Assembly (NCBI GenBank): GCA_035502035.1
Contig: DATJUZ010000028.1
Span: 1,639 to 65,638, forward strand
From: Thermoplasmata archaeon
GTDB lineage: Archaea; Thermoplasmatota; Thermoplasmata; Lutacidiplasmatales; UBA184
Length of the DNA: 64,000 bases
Direction of reading: 5' to 3'
How positions within the stretch are numbered: position 1 is the first letter of the stretch; the number at the start of each line of letters is the position of its first letter. A model generated the notes under the pieces. It searched no databases. It saw only the letters and a list, made by a program, of their open reading frames with translations, and had not been told where the DNA came from. Below, in pieces: positions 17,182 to 26,404 of the stretch. The translations under genes and the position numbers were made by a program.

Positions 17182-18474
17182 CTAGCCGGAGGGCGGGTCG
17201 GCAGTGAGGTCGGCGAGGCTCGACGCGACCAGCGGGACCGCCAGCTCGTCCGCCTCGACGCCCCCGTGACCTCCGACGAGCCGACGCCAGCTCGGCAGCC
17301 GCCCCGGCACGGTGTAGGTGATCCCTCCCGGGCTCGGCACGAGCACGACCAGGTCGCCGACGCGCTCGCGCAGCTCGGGGTGGTACGGCGGCGGCCCGAA
17401 GAGGCCGCCGTCGATCGCCTCCTCCGCCCGGAAGCACCGGGCACCGGCCGGCAGGCGGGCGAGCACCGCGCGCTCGAGCGCGGCCACCGCGCCCGCGCGC
17501 GCCCGGAGCAGACCGACGCGGCGGTCGCCCGTCGGCGGCCGGGCGAGATGCTCGAGGATCGTCGGCTCCGCGTCCAGCGCGGTCTGGAGGGCGGGGGCGA
17601 CCGGCACCTGCCCGTGGTCGGCGGTGACGAGCACCGTGGTCGAGCGCGCCCGTGCGGGCGGGAGCGCCCGAGCAACGGCGCCGAGCAGCTCCCCGAGCCG
17701 CTCGAGCTCGAAGTCGACCCACGGCGAGCCGGGCCCCCGGAGGTGCTGGACGGTGTCGAGCTCGTCCCAGTAGGCGAGCACCAGCGGCGGCGGGGACTCC
17801 CGCTCGAGCAGCTGGGCGAGGGCGGCGCCGAACTCCGCGAACGTCGCATACGGCTCGAAGGCGGCGCCGTCGTAGAGCAGGCGCGTGAACGCCCGCCCCT
17901 CGAACCGGTCGCGGCTCAAGGCGACCGCGCGCGGGACCGACGCGCGGAAGATCGGGGCGACCCCGAGGACCGCCGACGGGCTCCAGGACGGACCGACGAG
18001 CGCGTCCTCCGCGACGACGCCGATCGGCGACTGCCGGAGCATGTCGACGGTCGCCCCGAACGCGGGGAGGAACTGCCGGTACCCGACCAGGCCGTGACGG
18101 GACGGGGAGCTCGCCGTCGACAGGCTGGCGAGCGCGACCGTCGTCGTCGTCGGGAAGACCGACGTGATCGGCACGGCGGCCCGCAACCACGCGGCGGCGT
18201 GCCGGGCCCCGGCTCGCGCGGCCGCCGAGCGGAGCCGGGTGTAGCCGAGCCCATCGACGACGAACACGACGATCGGACCCTCGAGCCGGCGGCCCCGGAA
18301 CGGGTCGGTCCCGGCGGCGAGCGGGGGCAGCGCGAGCTCGGATGCCTCGCCGCCGAGCGCCTGCACGACCGAGCTCGCGACGTTCGGCAGCGACCGACCC
18401 GCGTACGCCGGCACGCTCACGCCGAGCCGGGGGTCCGGCGCGAGCAGCTCGGCGAGCCGGTCGGTCCCGCTCAT
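17182..18474 (-). CDS. Alkaline-phosphatase superfamily protein (COG1524 / type I phosphodiesterase-nucleotide pyrophosphatase-like)
   Basis: 430 aa. Metal and nucleophile motifs are VVFVVDGLGY, SVFPTTTTVALASL, HGLVGY and LVTADHGQ. The start overlaps the dpo4 stop (ATGA). Confidence 0.8.
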   Translation of the reverse strand: MSGTDRLAELLAPDPRLGVSVPAYAGRSLPNVASSVVQALGGEASELALPPLAAGTDPFRGRRLEGPIVVFVVDGLGYTRLRSAAARAGARHAAAWLRAAVPITSVFPTTTTVALASLSTASSPSRHGLVGYRQFLPAFGATVDMLRQSPIGVVAEDALVGPSWSPSAVLGVAPIFRASVPRAVALSRDRFEGRAFTRLLYDGAAFEPYATFAEFGAALAQLLERESPPPLVLAYWDELDTVQHLRGPGSPWVDFELERLGELLGAVARALPPARARSTTVLVTADHGQVPVAPALQTALDAEPTILEHLARPPTGDRRVGLLRARAGAVAALERAVLARLPAGARCFRAEEAIDGGLFGPPPYHPELRERVGDLVVLVPSPGGITYTVPGRLPSWRRLVGGHGGVEADELAVPLVASSLADLTADPPSG

Positions 18475-19661
18475 CGCTGCCCTGCGCGGGGGCCGCGACC
18501 GGAGGGGAACTCGTCCAGGGAGACCTGCCGCTGGCTTCGTCCGGAGAGGCGCTCGACGCGCACCGTCACGGTCCGCACGCCTCGGCGACGCCGGACGCGC
18601 TCATCAGTCCACAGGCTGCGGGCGAGGCGGTCCGCCTCCTCGACGAGCGCCTCGGAGCCCTCCCGCGCCGCCGGGAGCGCCCGACCCCGCTGGCTGCGCT
18701 CGAAGTCGGTCCATCGGAGCGCGACGACGACCGCACCGTAGCGGAGCCCCTCCTCCTCGAGGGCGCGGGCCAGCTCTCCGGCGAGCGGTCGGACGACCGC
18801 GAGGACCTCGTCCAGCGTGCTCGCGTCGGTCGGAAGGGTCCGGTCCGACGAGCGGCTGCGCGGCTCGCCCCGCTCCTCGACCGCCTCGTGGGGGTTCCCG
18901 CGGGCGAGGTCGATCAGCTCGCGGGCGAAGCCGCCGAGCTCCCGCAGGAGCTCGACCGGCCGCCGGGAGGCGAGCTCGCCGATCGTCCGGACGCCGTGCG
19001 CGTGGAGGATCTCCTCGGTCCGCGGGCCGACGCCCGGGATCGCGCGGACCGGGAGGGGGGCCAGGAACGCGGCGACCTCCGTCGGCGGGACCAGGAGGAC
19101 CCCTCCCGGCTTGGCCCGGTCGCTCGCGATCTTCGCGACGGTGCGCGAGGTCGCCACGCCGATCGACGCCGCGAGCCCGAGCCGGGCGCGGAGCTCCCGC
19201 TGGAGCTCGAGCGCGAGCTCCCGCGCCTGCTCCCCGGAGGGGACCGCGACCAGGAGCAGGCACTCGTCGATGCTGTAGGGGACGAGGACCCGGGCGCGCG
19301 GCCGCAGCAGCTCGCGCACCTCGTGGGCGGCCCGCTCGTACTTCGCGAACGTCGGGGGGACCCAGACGGCATCCGGGCAGAGCCGCGCCGCCTGTCGCAC
19401 CGGCATCGCGCTGCGGACGCCGAACGCCCGGGCCTCGTAGCTCGCGCTCAGCACCACGCCCCGGTTCGGTTCCTCGGACGGCGGCGGACCGACGATCACC
19501 GGCCGGCCCTCGAGCTCGGGGCGCTCGCGCCGCTCGACCGACACGTAGTAGGCGTCCAGGTCGACGTACAGGACCCAGTCCGGCGGCTCGGACCGCGCGG
19601 GCTCGGCGACAAGCCGCCGCGCGCCCCCCGAGGGGCGGGGTTCGGGTCCCGAGCCGGCCAT
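18471..19661 (-). CDS. dinB: Y-family DNA polymerase IV (Dpo4/DinB)
   Basis: Motifs are WVLYVDLDAYYVSVE, YSIDECLL and the HhH region IPGVGPRTEEIL. Confidence 0.9.
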   Translation of the reverse strand: MAGSGPEPRPSGGARRLVAEPARSEPPDWVLYVDLDAYYVSVERRERPELEGRPVIVGPPPSEEPNRGVVLSASYEARAFGVRSAMPVRQAARLCPDAVWVPPTFAKYERAAHEVRELLRPRARVLVPYSIDECLLLVAVPSGEQARELALELQRELRARLGLAASIGVATSRTVAKIASDRAKPGGVLLVPPTEVAAFLAPLPVRAIPGVGPRTEEILHAHGVRTIGELASRRPVELLRELGGFARELIDLARGNPHEAVEERGEPRSRSSDRTLPTDASTLDEVLAVVRPLAGELARALEEEGLRYGAVVVALRWTDFERSQRGRALPAAREGSEALVEEADRLARSLWTDERVRRRRGVRTVTVRVERLSGRSQRQVSLDEFPSGRGPRAGQR

Positions 19662-19707
19662 CGTCGCGATGACGGGAACGCCGGCCAGGGCGCCGACGGG
19701 CGGCCGC

Positions 19708-20427
19708 CTAGCCTCCGAGGTCGACCGCCTTCGCGTCGACGGTGAGACCGCTCGGCCCGATCGCGTACGGCTGGACCGCCCGCAGGTGCGGCGTGCGGCG
19801 CATCTTCAGGATGCGCAGGGCGAGCCCGACGCGGTGACCGTCGCCCGCGGTCCGGTAGCCGAGGACGACGACCCCGTCCGCGACGTACTCGGAGAGGCCG
19901 TCGCGGCTGACCTCCGGATGGAGCGGGTCGGCCTCCGCCGTGAGGACGGTCGTCGCGCCGCTCTCTCGGCAGGCGCCCGTGAGCGCGAACAGCGTCATCC
20001 GCCGGCTCGCCTCGTCCTCGCTCAGCATGTTGAGGAGGGAGACCGAGTCGACCGCGATCCGCTTCGCGCCGAGGCTCGCGAGCTCGCGCGCGAGCTCCCC
20101 CTGGATGCGGTGGAGGCTCTGGCGCGTCTCCTTCGGGTCGAGGCGGAGGACCTTGAGCAGGCCGCTCGCGACCGCGGCGTCGACCGGCCAGCCGAACTGG
20201 CGGGCCGTCTCGAGGAGCTGCGGTACGTCCTCCTCCAGCGACAGGTAGACGGTCTTCTCCCCGCGGCGGGTCCCCTCGAGGAGGAACTGGAGCGCGAGGC
20301 AGGTCTTGCCGGTCCCCGGTAGACCGGTGACGAGGACGACGTGGCCGCTCGGGAATCCTCCGCCGAGCATCTCGTCCAGACCGGCGACGCCGGTCGGGAC
20401 CTTCGGGGCCGGACTAGACGCGCTCAT
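19708..20427 (-). CDS. KaiC-like / RecA-superfamily ATPase (single domain)
   Basis: Motifs are PTGVAGLDEMLGGGFP, Walker A GLPGTGKT and Walker B RIAVDSVS. 239 aa. Confidence 0.85.
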   Translation of the reverse strand: MSASSPAPKVPTGVAGLDEMLGGGFPSGHVVLVTGLPGTGKTCLALQFLLEGTRRGEKTVYLSLEEDVPQLLETARQFGWPVDAAVASGLLKVLRLDPKETRQSLHRIQGELARELASLGAKRIAVDSVSLLNMLSEDEASRRMTLFALTGACRESGATTVLTAEADPLHPEVSRDGLSEYVADGVVVLGYRTAGDGHRVGLALRILKMRRTPHLRAVQPYAIGPSGLTVDAKAVDLGG

Positions 20428-21331
20428 ACTGCGTGGTCACGAGCCCGTTGGAGGCGTTGACCCGGATGACGAAGCGGCCGTGGTACTCCGCCGGCAGGCG
20501 GGAGAGGACCGGCATGAACTTCGGGATCAGCATCGAGCGCTGCCGGTGCGAGTAGTTGGCGCTCGACGTCCAGCGGAACTGCAGGACCCCGTCGACCGAG
20601 TCGGCGACCGCGTGCTCGACCGCGGGAGGGGCGACCCCCTCGCTGAGGAGCAGGTAGACGACCCCGCCCCAGCGCTTCGCGCGCCGTCGCAGGCCCTTGA
20701 GCATCGTGAGGACGTCGTTCGCCTCGATCCCCTGGCGGACGAGCAGGTCGGTCAGCGAGTCGACGACGACCAGGTGGTTCGGGGCGCTGGTATCGAGCGC
20801 GTCGGCGAGCGCCCGCAGCGGTCCGTCGGCCGTCCCGGCGGGCGCCGGCTTCGCCTCCGAGAGGAGGGGGCCGGTGAGCGACGCCCAGGACGACGGGACG
20901 ACCGTGTCGCGGAAGTACGTCGGCGAGAGGTCGTGGAACGAGAGGTGACGCACGAGCACCTCGGGGTAGGAGCCGGTGAACGACGCGCGCATCTCGTCCA
21001 GGACCTGCTCGCGCGAGCGGCTCGTGCTGACGTAGGCGATCCCCTCCGGGTAGACGAACGGCCCGCGGGCGCTCCCGAGGTAGAACCGGTGGAGCTCCGG
21101 GTCGTCGTAGTGGAGCATGAGGTGCACCGCCGACGTCAGGGCGAACTCCTGGTGGCCGGCGCCGGCCTCGCCGACGAGCAGCACGAGCGAGCCGGCCGGC
21201 ACGCCTCCGGTGAGGTAGTCGAAGTCCGGCACGCCGGTCGGGATGCGCGGAGGGGCCCCCTCGAGGTCGACCCGCGTCGGCGCGTGGGTCGCGAGCGGAG
21301 GGTAGAACGGCCGGACGCCTTCGATCGCCAT
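20414..21331 (-). CDS. KaiC/RecA-like paralogue with a degenerate Walker A (predicted inactive)
   Basis: Aligns to its neighbour (IPTGVPDFDYLTGGVPAGSLVLLVGEAGAGHQEF versus VPTGVAGLDEMLGGGFPSGHVVLVTGLPGTGKTCL). The GK[TS] is replaced by GHQ. A Walker-B-like LVVVDSLTDL is retained. Overlaps the downstream gene by 14 nt. Confidence 0.7.
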   Translation of the reverse strand: MAIEGVRPFYPPLATHAPTRVDLEGAPPRIPTGVPDFDYLTGGVPAGSLVLLVGEAGAGHQEFALTSAVHLMLHYDDPELHRFYLGSARGPFVYPEGIAYVSTSRSREQVLDEMRASFTGSYPEVLVRHLSFHDLSPTYFRDTVVPSSWASLTGPLLSEAKPAPAGTADGPLRALADALDTSAPNHLVVVDSLTDLLVRQGIEANDVLTMLKGLRRRAKRWGGVVYLLLSEGVAPPAVEHAVADSVDGVLQFRWTSSANYSHRQRSMLIPKFMPVLSRLPAEYHGRFVIRVNASNGLVTTQYERV

Positions 21332-21362
21332 GAGAGCCGCGCTCGGCGATGCGACTCCGGAC

Positions 21363-22703
21363 TCAGGTATTAGTGTGCTCCGCTCGAAGTGAGGCCGGCT
21401 CGGAGGGCGGGAGCGGGCCCTTCAGGAACTCGCGCAGCAGCACCGTGGCGTAGGCGCCCTTCGGGAGGGCGAAGCGGAACCAGACCCCCGCGTCGTCCGC
21501 CTCGAGGGAGAGCGGCGGGACCGGAAGGAGCAGCGGACGCCACGTCCCGTCGCTCGCGAGCTCGGGGGCGGCCGGGACCCCGAACGCCTCGCTCCGGACC
21601 CCCTCCTCCTCCATCAGGCGGCGGACGAGCGCGCCCGGGGTTCCCGCCGGGAGGTCGGTGCGCAAGCCGACCAGCGGCCCGGCGACGCACGCCCGGCCCC
21701 GGGCGACGAGCTCGACGCACTCCGGGAGGTTCTCCTCCGCCACGCGGGCGGTGTCGCTCCCGCGGAACGTCCCGTCGCGGCCGAGACGGAGCAGGACGTC
21801 GCCCGGAACGGGGCGCCCGAGGGGCCACCCCTCCGCGTGTCGGGTCGTGAGGTAGCGATTGAACAGGTAGGCCTGGAACGCGTGGACGAACAGGCGCCGG
21901 AGCTCGTAGGGGAGCGCCCGGAGCGCCCGCGCCGGGGCGGCGCCGTCGGCCAGCCGCTCGAGGAGGGCGCGCTCGAAGCGGTACTCGGCCGGGAACTCGC
22001 GGAGCGCGCGGGCCGGATCGCGATGCTCGGCGAACGCGGCCCGCGCCGCGTCCCCGGCCCCCGGGCTCCCGGTCGGCGGCCGGTCGACCAGGTACGCCTC
22101 CACGGCCCGCGCCAGATCGCCCCGGACGATCCAGCGGCCGACCTCGTGCGTGATCGGTCGGACCTCCCCGAACCGCTGGGCCCCGAAGAAGTTGGGGAAC
22201 CCGTCGAGCTCGCGCAGCTCGGCGTCGACGCGGCGGAACGCGGCGAGCGCCGCCTCCGGTTCGGCGAGCTCGCTGACGTGGATCTCGAAGGCGTTCGCGT
22301 AGTGCCGGCCGAGCACGAGGCCCTCGCGCGCGCGGTAGGCGTCCAGCAGCCGGACGTCGGCGAGCCCGAGCTCGGCCGTCGGGGGCTCCCCCCGGTAGGA
22401 GAACAGGCGCTCCGCGACCGCGCGGCGGTCCTTCGTCCCCGACCAGGCGACCGACCGGCGGGGGAGCCCGAGACGACGCCCGATCGCGTCGGCGAGCTCG
22501 TGCTGCTCCCAGCCCCGGCTCTCGACGCGCAGGACCGTGTACGCGCCGAGCGGGTCCGGTCGCGGGTAGCTCGAGACCTCGCGGACCCGGAACGCCTCGG
22601 GCGTCGCCTTGAGGCGCCCGGGCGCGCCCGGGCTCCGGGAGAGGTAGAAGCCGAGACCGATCGCGACCTCGGCGGGCGGTGGCGCGAGCTCCCCGCCGGC
22701 CAC
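21363..22703 (-). CDS. truD: tRNA pseudouridine synthase TruD/Pus7 family
   Basis: The catalytic-region motif GTKDRRAVAERLFSY is present. GTG 22703 (preceded by GGAGGTG) sits 21-28 nt downstream of GTAATAAC. The track start at 22808 is unlikely. Confidence 0.85.
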   Translation of the reverse strand: MAGGELAPPPAEVAIGLGFYLSRSPGAPGRLKATPEAFRVREVSSYPRPDPLGAYTVLRVESRGWEQHELADAIGRRLGLPRRSVAWSGTKDRRAVAERLFSYRGEPPTAELGLADVRLLDAYRAREGLVLGRHYANAFEIHVSELAEPEAALAAFRRVDAELRELDGFPNFFGAQRFGEVRPITHEVGRWIVRGDLARAVEAYLVDRPPTGSPGAGDAARAAFAEHRDPARALREFPAEYRFERALLERLADGAAPARALRALPYELRRLFVHAFQAYLFNRYLTTRHAEGWPLGRPVPGDVLLRLGRDGTFRGSDTARVAEENLPECVELVARGRACVAGPLVGLRTDLPAGTPGALVRRLMEEEGVRSEAFGVPAAPELASDGTWRPLLLPVPPLSLEADDAGVWFRFALPKGAYATVLLREFLKGPLPPSEPASLRAEHTNT

Positions 22704-22723
22704 CTCCGCCGGGAATCGGGGGG

Positions 22724-22731
22724 TGTTATTA
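22724..22731. promoter_or_regulatory. Shared AT-rich box (GTTATTAC / GTAATAAC) between divergent truD and a hypothetical gene
   Basis: The only AT-rich octamer in the 68-nt divergent spacer. Confidence 0.3.
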
Positions 22732-22770
22732 CGGGGCGTCCGCCTACCGGCGCCGAGCCGACAGGGTCGG

Positions 22771-23247
22771 ATGATCCAGGCGACCGCGCGTATCCTCAGG
22801 AACGTCATCGAGGTGCAGGTCGGGGACGCGACCTGGCTGGGACGGCCGATCGAGGCGGAGCAGGGGGGTCTCGGGCGTCGCCTCGCGGCGCTGTTCTCGA
22901 CGGAGTACCACCTCTACCGGCCGGACGCCCCCACGGTCGTCGAGTCGACGATCTCCTACCGCGCGAAGAGCGACGAGATCCGCATCCAGTCCGGCGAGCA
23001 GTCCTGGAAGACCCGCTCGTCGGCGTTCGGGCCGATGACGATCGACTACGGCGGGACGACGTACACGATCCACGAGCGGCTCACCGGCCGCTTCGCGATC
23101 CTCCACGGCACCGCGCCGGTCGCCGTCGGCCAGCTCGGCTACCGCTCCTGCTCCCTCCGCGACTACTCCGCGGAGCTCGAGACGTTCCTAGCGCACCTGG
23201 CGCTCGGCTACGTCGTGCGCACCCTCACGTGGGAGATGGTCGGCTAG
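22771..23247 (+). CDS. Hypothetical protein (158 aa)
   Basis: ATG 22771 (MIQATARILRNVIEVQ...). The composition is balanced and non-shadow. No family recognised. Confidence 0.5.
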   Translation: MIQATARILRNVIEVQVGDATWLGRPIEAEQGGLGRRLAALFSTEYHLYRPDAPTVVESTISYRAKSDEIRIQSGEQSWKTRSSAFGPMTIDYGGTTYTIHERLTGRFAILHGTAPVAVGQLGYRSCSLRDYSAELETFLAHLALGYVVRTLTWEMVG

Positions 23248-24657
23248 CGCGGTCGAGCGGTGGCCTCCGAACGGCGGGGGGAGCGCCGCCCGGGCGCTCT
23301 TGACGATCGGTCGGCGGCGGGACGCCGCCCGCGGCGCCTGGAAGACGTGGTAGGGGATCGGCGCGAGGAGGAGCGCCCCGACGACGACCGTTCCGGCGGC
23401 GACGCTGTAGGCGAGGTGGACGCCGTACGTCGCGTACATCCAGCCCCCGAGGAGGATCCCGAGGAGGCTGCCGGCGCCGCCGACGGCGTTGTAGAGGCCG
23501 AGCGCGCGGCCCCGCGCCGAGCGGCCGACCAGGCGGACGAGGAACAGGGTGCTCGCCGTGCTGATGAACGCCCAGGTGACCCCGAGCAGCGCGTTGAGCA
23601 CCGTGAGCCAGGCGAGGAGCAGCGGGCTGCCGAGCCCGAAGACGAAGTACAGCGGCGCCCAGAGGAACAGCACCATGAGGCCGACGCGCGCGTACAGCGA
23701 CTCGGTGAACACCGACTTCGGCGAGTGGGTCTCCACCGCCTTGCCCGAGTGGAAGAACAGCGAGGTCGACGCCGCCGCCGAGCCGAGGTAGACGATGAAG
23801 ACGCCGGCGTCCGAGAAGTGGGCGACCTGCCACAGGAACACCGGGAACGGCCCGTAGAAGATGTCGAAGCCAACGCACATCACGCCGAGCGCGGCGAGGA
23901 ACAGCCACTCGCGGCCCGGCAGACGCTCGGCCGGCGCGCGCGTCAGGTCGATGATCCCGCTGAGCCGGCTGCGGAGGCTGCGCGCCCGCTCGACGATCCC
24001 CCGGTGGAGGTGAAGCAGCTCGGCGACCGAGCGGCGCTCCACGCGCGTGACCGGCTCCTCGATCCACGCCCAGGCGACCCCGGCGGAGAGGAGCGCGAGC
24101 GCGCCGCTGAGGAGGAGGAGCCCGGTCATCACCTCGACCGCCGGGGCGTTGCGGCCGATGCCGAACAGCCAGACGAACCCGAGGCCGAGCCCGACGGTCG
24201 TGCCGATCCCGCTGATCAGCCCGAACAGCCCGATGTCCTGCGGCCACCAGCGCTTGTGGCGCGTCTCGAGCAGCAGCATCGTGCCGATCGGCGCGCTGGC
24301 GGCGGAGGCGAGGCCCTCGATGACGTTCAGCCAGAAGTAGGCGATGAGGTTGTGCGCGAGCGCGATCAGGATGATCGCGACGCCGGTCGCGAGGAACGAG
24401 CCGACCAGGAAGAACTTGCGGTGCGCGACGCGGTCCGAGAGGTTCCCCCAGACGATCGTGAACGGGACCTGGCTCATCGCGCTCGCCGCGACGATGATCG
24501 TCACGACGAACGCGGTCGCCCCGAAGTGCTGGAGCGCGAGGAGCGGGATCAGCGGGGTCGCGATCCCGTCCGAGATCGCGAGCGGAAGGTAAGCGAGGAA
24601 CCAGAGGTCGCTGGTCGAGGGGCGGAGGGGCGTGCGGGCCTTGACGTCGATCGACAC
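23188..24657 (-). CDS. MFS transporter
   Basis: 489 aa with about 12 TMS. The motif-A-like sequence is GNLSDRVAHRKFFLVGSF. Confidence 0.8.
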   Translation of the reverse strand: MSIDVKARTPLRPSTSDLWFLAYLPLAISDGIATPLIPLLALQHFGATAFVVTIIVAASAMSQVPFTIVWGNLSDRVAHRKFFLVGSFLATGVAIILIALAHNLIAYFWLNVIEGLASAASAPIGTMLLLETRHKRWWPQDIGLFGLISGIGTTVGLGLGFVWLFGIGRNAPAVEVMTGLLLLSGALALLSAGVAWAWIEEPVTRVERRSVAELLHLHRGIVERARSLRSRLSGIIDLTRAPAERLPGREWLFLAALGVMCVGFDIFYGPFPVFLWQVAHFSDAGVFIVYLGSAAASTSLFFHSGKAVETHSPKSVFTESLYARVGLMVLFLWAPLYFVFGLGSPLLLAWLTVLNALLGVTWAFISTASTLFLVRLVGRSARGRALGLYNAVGGAGSLLGILLGGWMYATYGVHLAYSVAAGTVVVGALLLAPIPYHVFQAPRAASRRRPIVKSARAALPPPFGGHRSTALADHLPREGAHDVAERQVR

Positions 24658-24736
24658 GCTCCGCGCCCCCGGCCGGAGAGCCGGAGGCCGGGACGCGAGG
24701 GATAAAGGGTCGGTTCGTGAAGCAGACGCCGGGGCG

Positions 24737-25348
24737 CTACGCCCGCTTGCGGCGCCGCGCGGCCGCCGCCTTCGCCGCCGCCGGGACCCCGACCGCGGCG
24801 AGCAGCTGCCGGTGCTCTTTTGCGGAGATCCACTCGACCTTGAGATACTCCCGGAGGTAGTCGTCGGCGACGCCGAGGGCCCGCGCCTCGTCGACGACGA
24901 ACCGGTAGGCGTCGACCTCGGTCCGGCGTTCGACGTAGCTGAGCCCGGGTTCCCAGAGGTTCGCCCCGGCCCGGCGCTGGAGGACGTGGCAGAGCTCGTG
25001 GTAGATGTCGAGGAACAGGATCAGCTCCGGGCTCTCCCGCAGGTGGCCGGCGCCGACGACGATGCAGTCCTGGCCGGGGCTGACGACCGGGTTCCATCCC
25101 CGTCGCCGGGCGAACGCCGGGATCTCCCAGGGGGCGACGTACATCCACATGTCCTGGTCGACGAGCTCGACGCTCGTCTCGCCGAACAGCCGAGACCGCT
25201 CGGTCGGATCGACGACGAGCCGCTCCGCGGGCGGGAGCCGGTCGAGTCCGGGGAACGCCGCGAGGATCGGGTGCCGCCCGACCGAGAGGTCCCGCTGGAC
25301 CCGGAATCCCGGCGGGCACGGGACCGCTCCAGCGGCCGGCGGGTCCAT
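24737..25348 (-). CDS. Hypothetical protein with an HExxH motif (possible zincin-like metallopeptidase)
   Basis: 203 aa. It contains LFLDIYHELCHVLQRR and ends in a lysine/arginine-rich tail. Confidence 0.5.
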   Translation of the reverse strand: MDPPAAGAVPCPPGFRVQRDLSVGRHPILAAFPGLDRLPPAERLVVDPTERSRLFGETSVELVDQDMWMYVAPWEIPAFARRRGWNPVVSPGQDCIVVGAGHLRESPELILFLDIYHELCHVLQRRAGANLWEPGLSYVERRTEVDAYRFVVDEARALGVADDYLREYLKVEWISAKEHRQLLAAVGVPAAAKAAAARRRKRA

Positions 25349-25444
25349 CGACCGCGCGAGACGCCCGGAGGGATAACTCCGCGCGCCCGCGACCGGAACG
25401 GCCGACGAGCGAGCCGCTATGGGCCGGCCCTCGCTGGGCCGAAG

Positions 25445-26404
25445 ATGGCGCCCGCGCGACCGGACCTCTTGGCGGTGCGCGGGGTGAGCGTCGGCCAGGT
25501 CTCCGACCGGGAACGCCCCACGGGGGTCACCGTGGTCGTCTTCGACGACGGGGCTCCGACGGTCGTCGACGTCCGGGGGGGCGCCTCGGGGACGTACGAC
25601 ACCGCCTCGCTCAACCTGGAAGCGACGTTCGGCCGGCGCTGGGCGATCTTCTTCTCCGGCGGGAGCCTGTACGGCCTGGACGCGGGAGGCGGAGTGCGCA
25701 CCGCGCTGGTCGCGGCCGGCCGGGGAACGCGCGGCTTCGGCAGCGACCTCCTGCTCGCGCCGGTCTCGGGGGCCGTCGTCTTCGACCTCGGCCCGGAGCT
25801 CGTGACGCTACCGGACTACGCGGAGCTCGGCCGCCACGCCGTCGAGGGAGCGCGTCGCGACCGGCTCGAGCAGGGTCGCGTGGGGGCCGGCACCGGCGCG
25901 ACGGTCGCGAAGTATCTCGGGCGGGCCGGCGGACGGGCCGGTGGGGTCGGCTCGGCGGCTCGGGGCGTCGCCGGGGGAGGGACCGTCGGGGTCCTGAGCG
26001 TCGTCAACGCCGCGGGGGCCGTCCGCGACCCGTCGACCGGGCGCTGGGTCGCCGTCGCCCGCGGGCCGGACGGACGCGAGGTCGCGCCGGACGACGTTCC
26101 GCCGATTCCGCTCGCCGGGCGCGGCACGACCGTGACGATCGTCGCGACCGATCTCGCGCTCACCCGAGCGGAGCTCGCGCGCGTCGCCGCCATCACGCAC
26201 GCGGGCGTCGGCCGCGCCGTCGTCCCGTACCTGACGAGCGTCGACGGCGACCTCGTCTTCGCGTCGGCGACCGGGGAGGAGGCGGCGAGACCGGTCTCCG
26301 AGCGGCCCGGAGGGGCCGCCGACCTCGTCGGGCGTCTCGCGGCGGAGGCGGCGGTCGAGGCGGTCCTCCGCGCCGTCGCCGAACCGGGGACGGCGTCCGA
26401 CTAG
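25445..26404 (+). CDS. Peptidase family S58 (DmpA/BapA-like, Ntn-hydrolase aminopeptidase)
   Basis: Real start is ATG 25445 inside track ORF 24632..26404. Supporting sequences are GVTVVVFDDGAPTVVDVRGGASGTYDT, and GRGTTVTIVATDLALT at the expected self-cleavage/nucleophile site. Confidence 0.8.
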   Translation: MAPARPDLLAVRGVSVGQVSDRERPTGVTVVVFDDGAPTVVDVRGGASGTYDTASLNLEATFGRRWAIFFSGGSLYGLDAGGGVRTALVAAGRGTRGFGSDLLLAPVSGAVVFDLGPELVTLPDYAELGRHAVEGARRDRLEQGRVGAGTGATVAKYLGRAGGRAGGVGSAARGVAGGGTVGVLSVVNAAGAVRDPSTGRWVAVARGPDGREVAPDDVPPIPLAGRGTTVTIVATDLALTRAELARVAAITHAGVGRAVVPYLTSVDGDLVFASATGEEAARPVSERPGGAADLVGRLAAEAAVEAVLRAVAEPGTASD

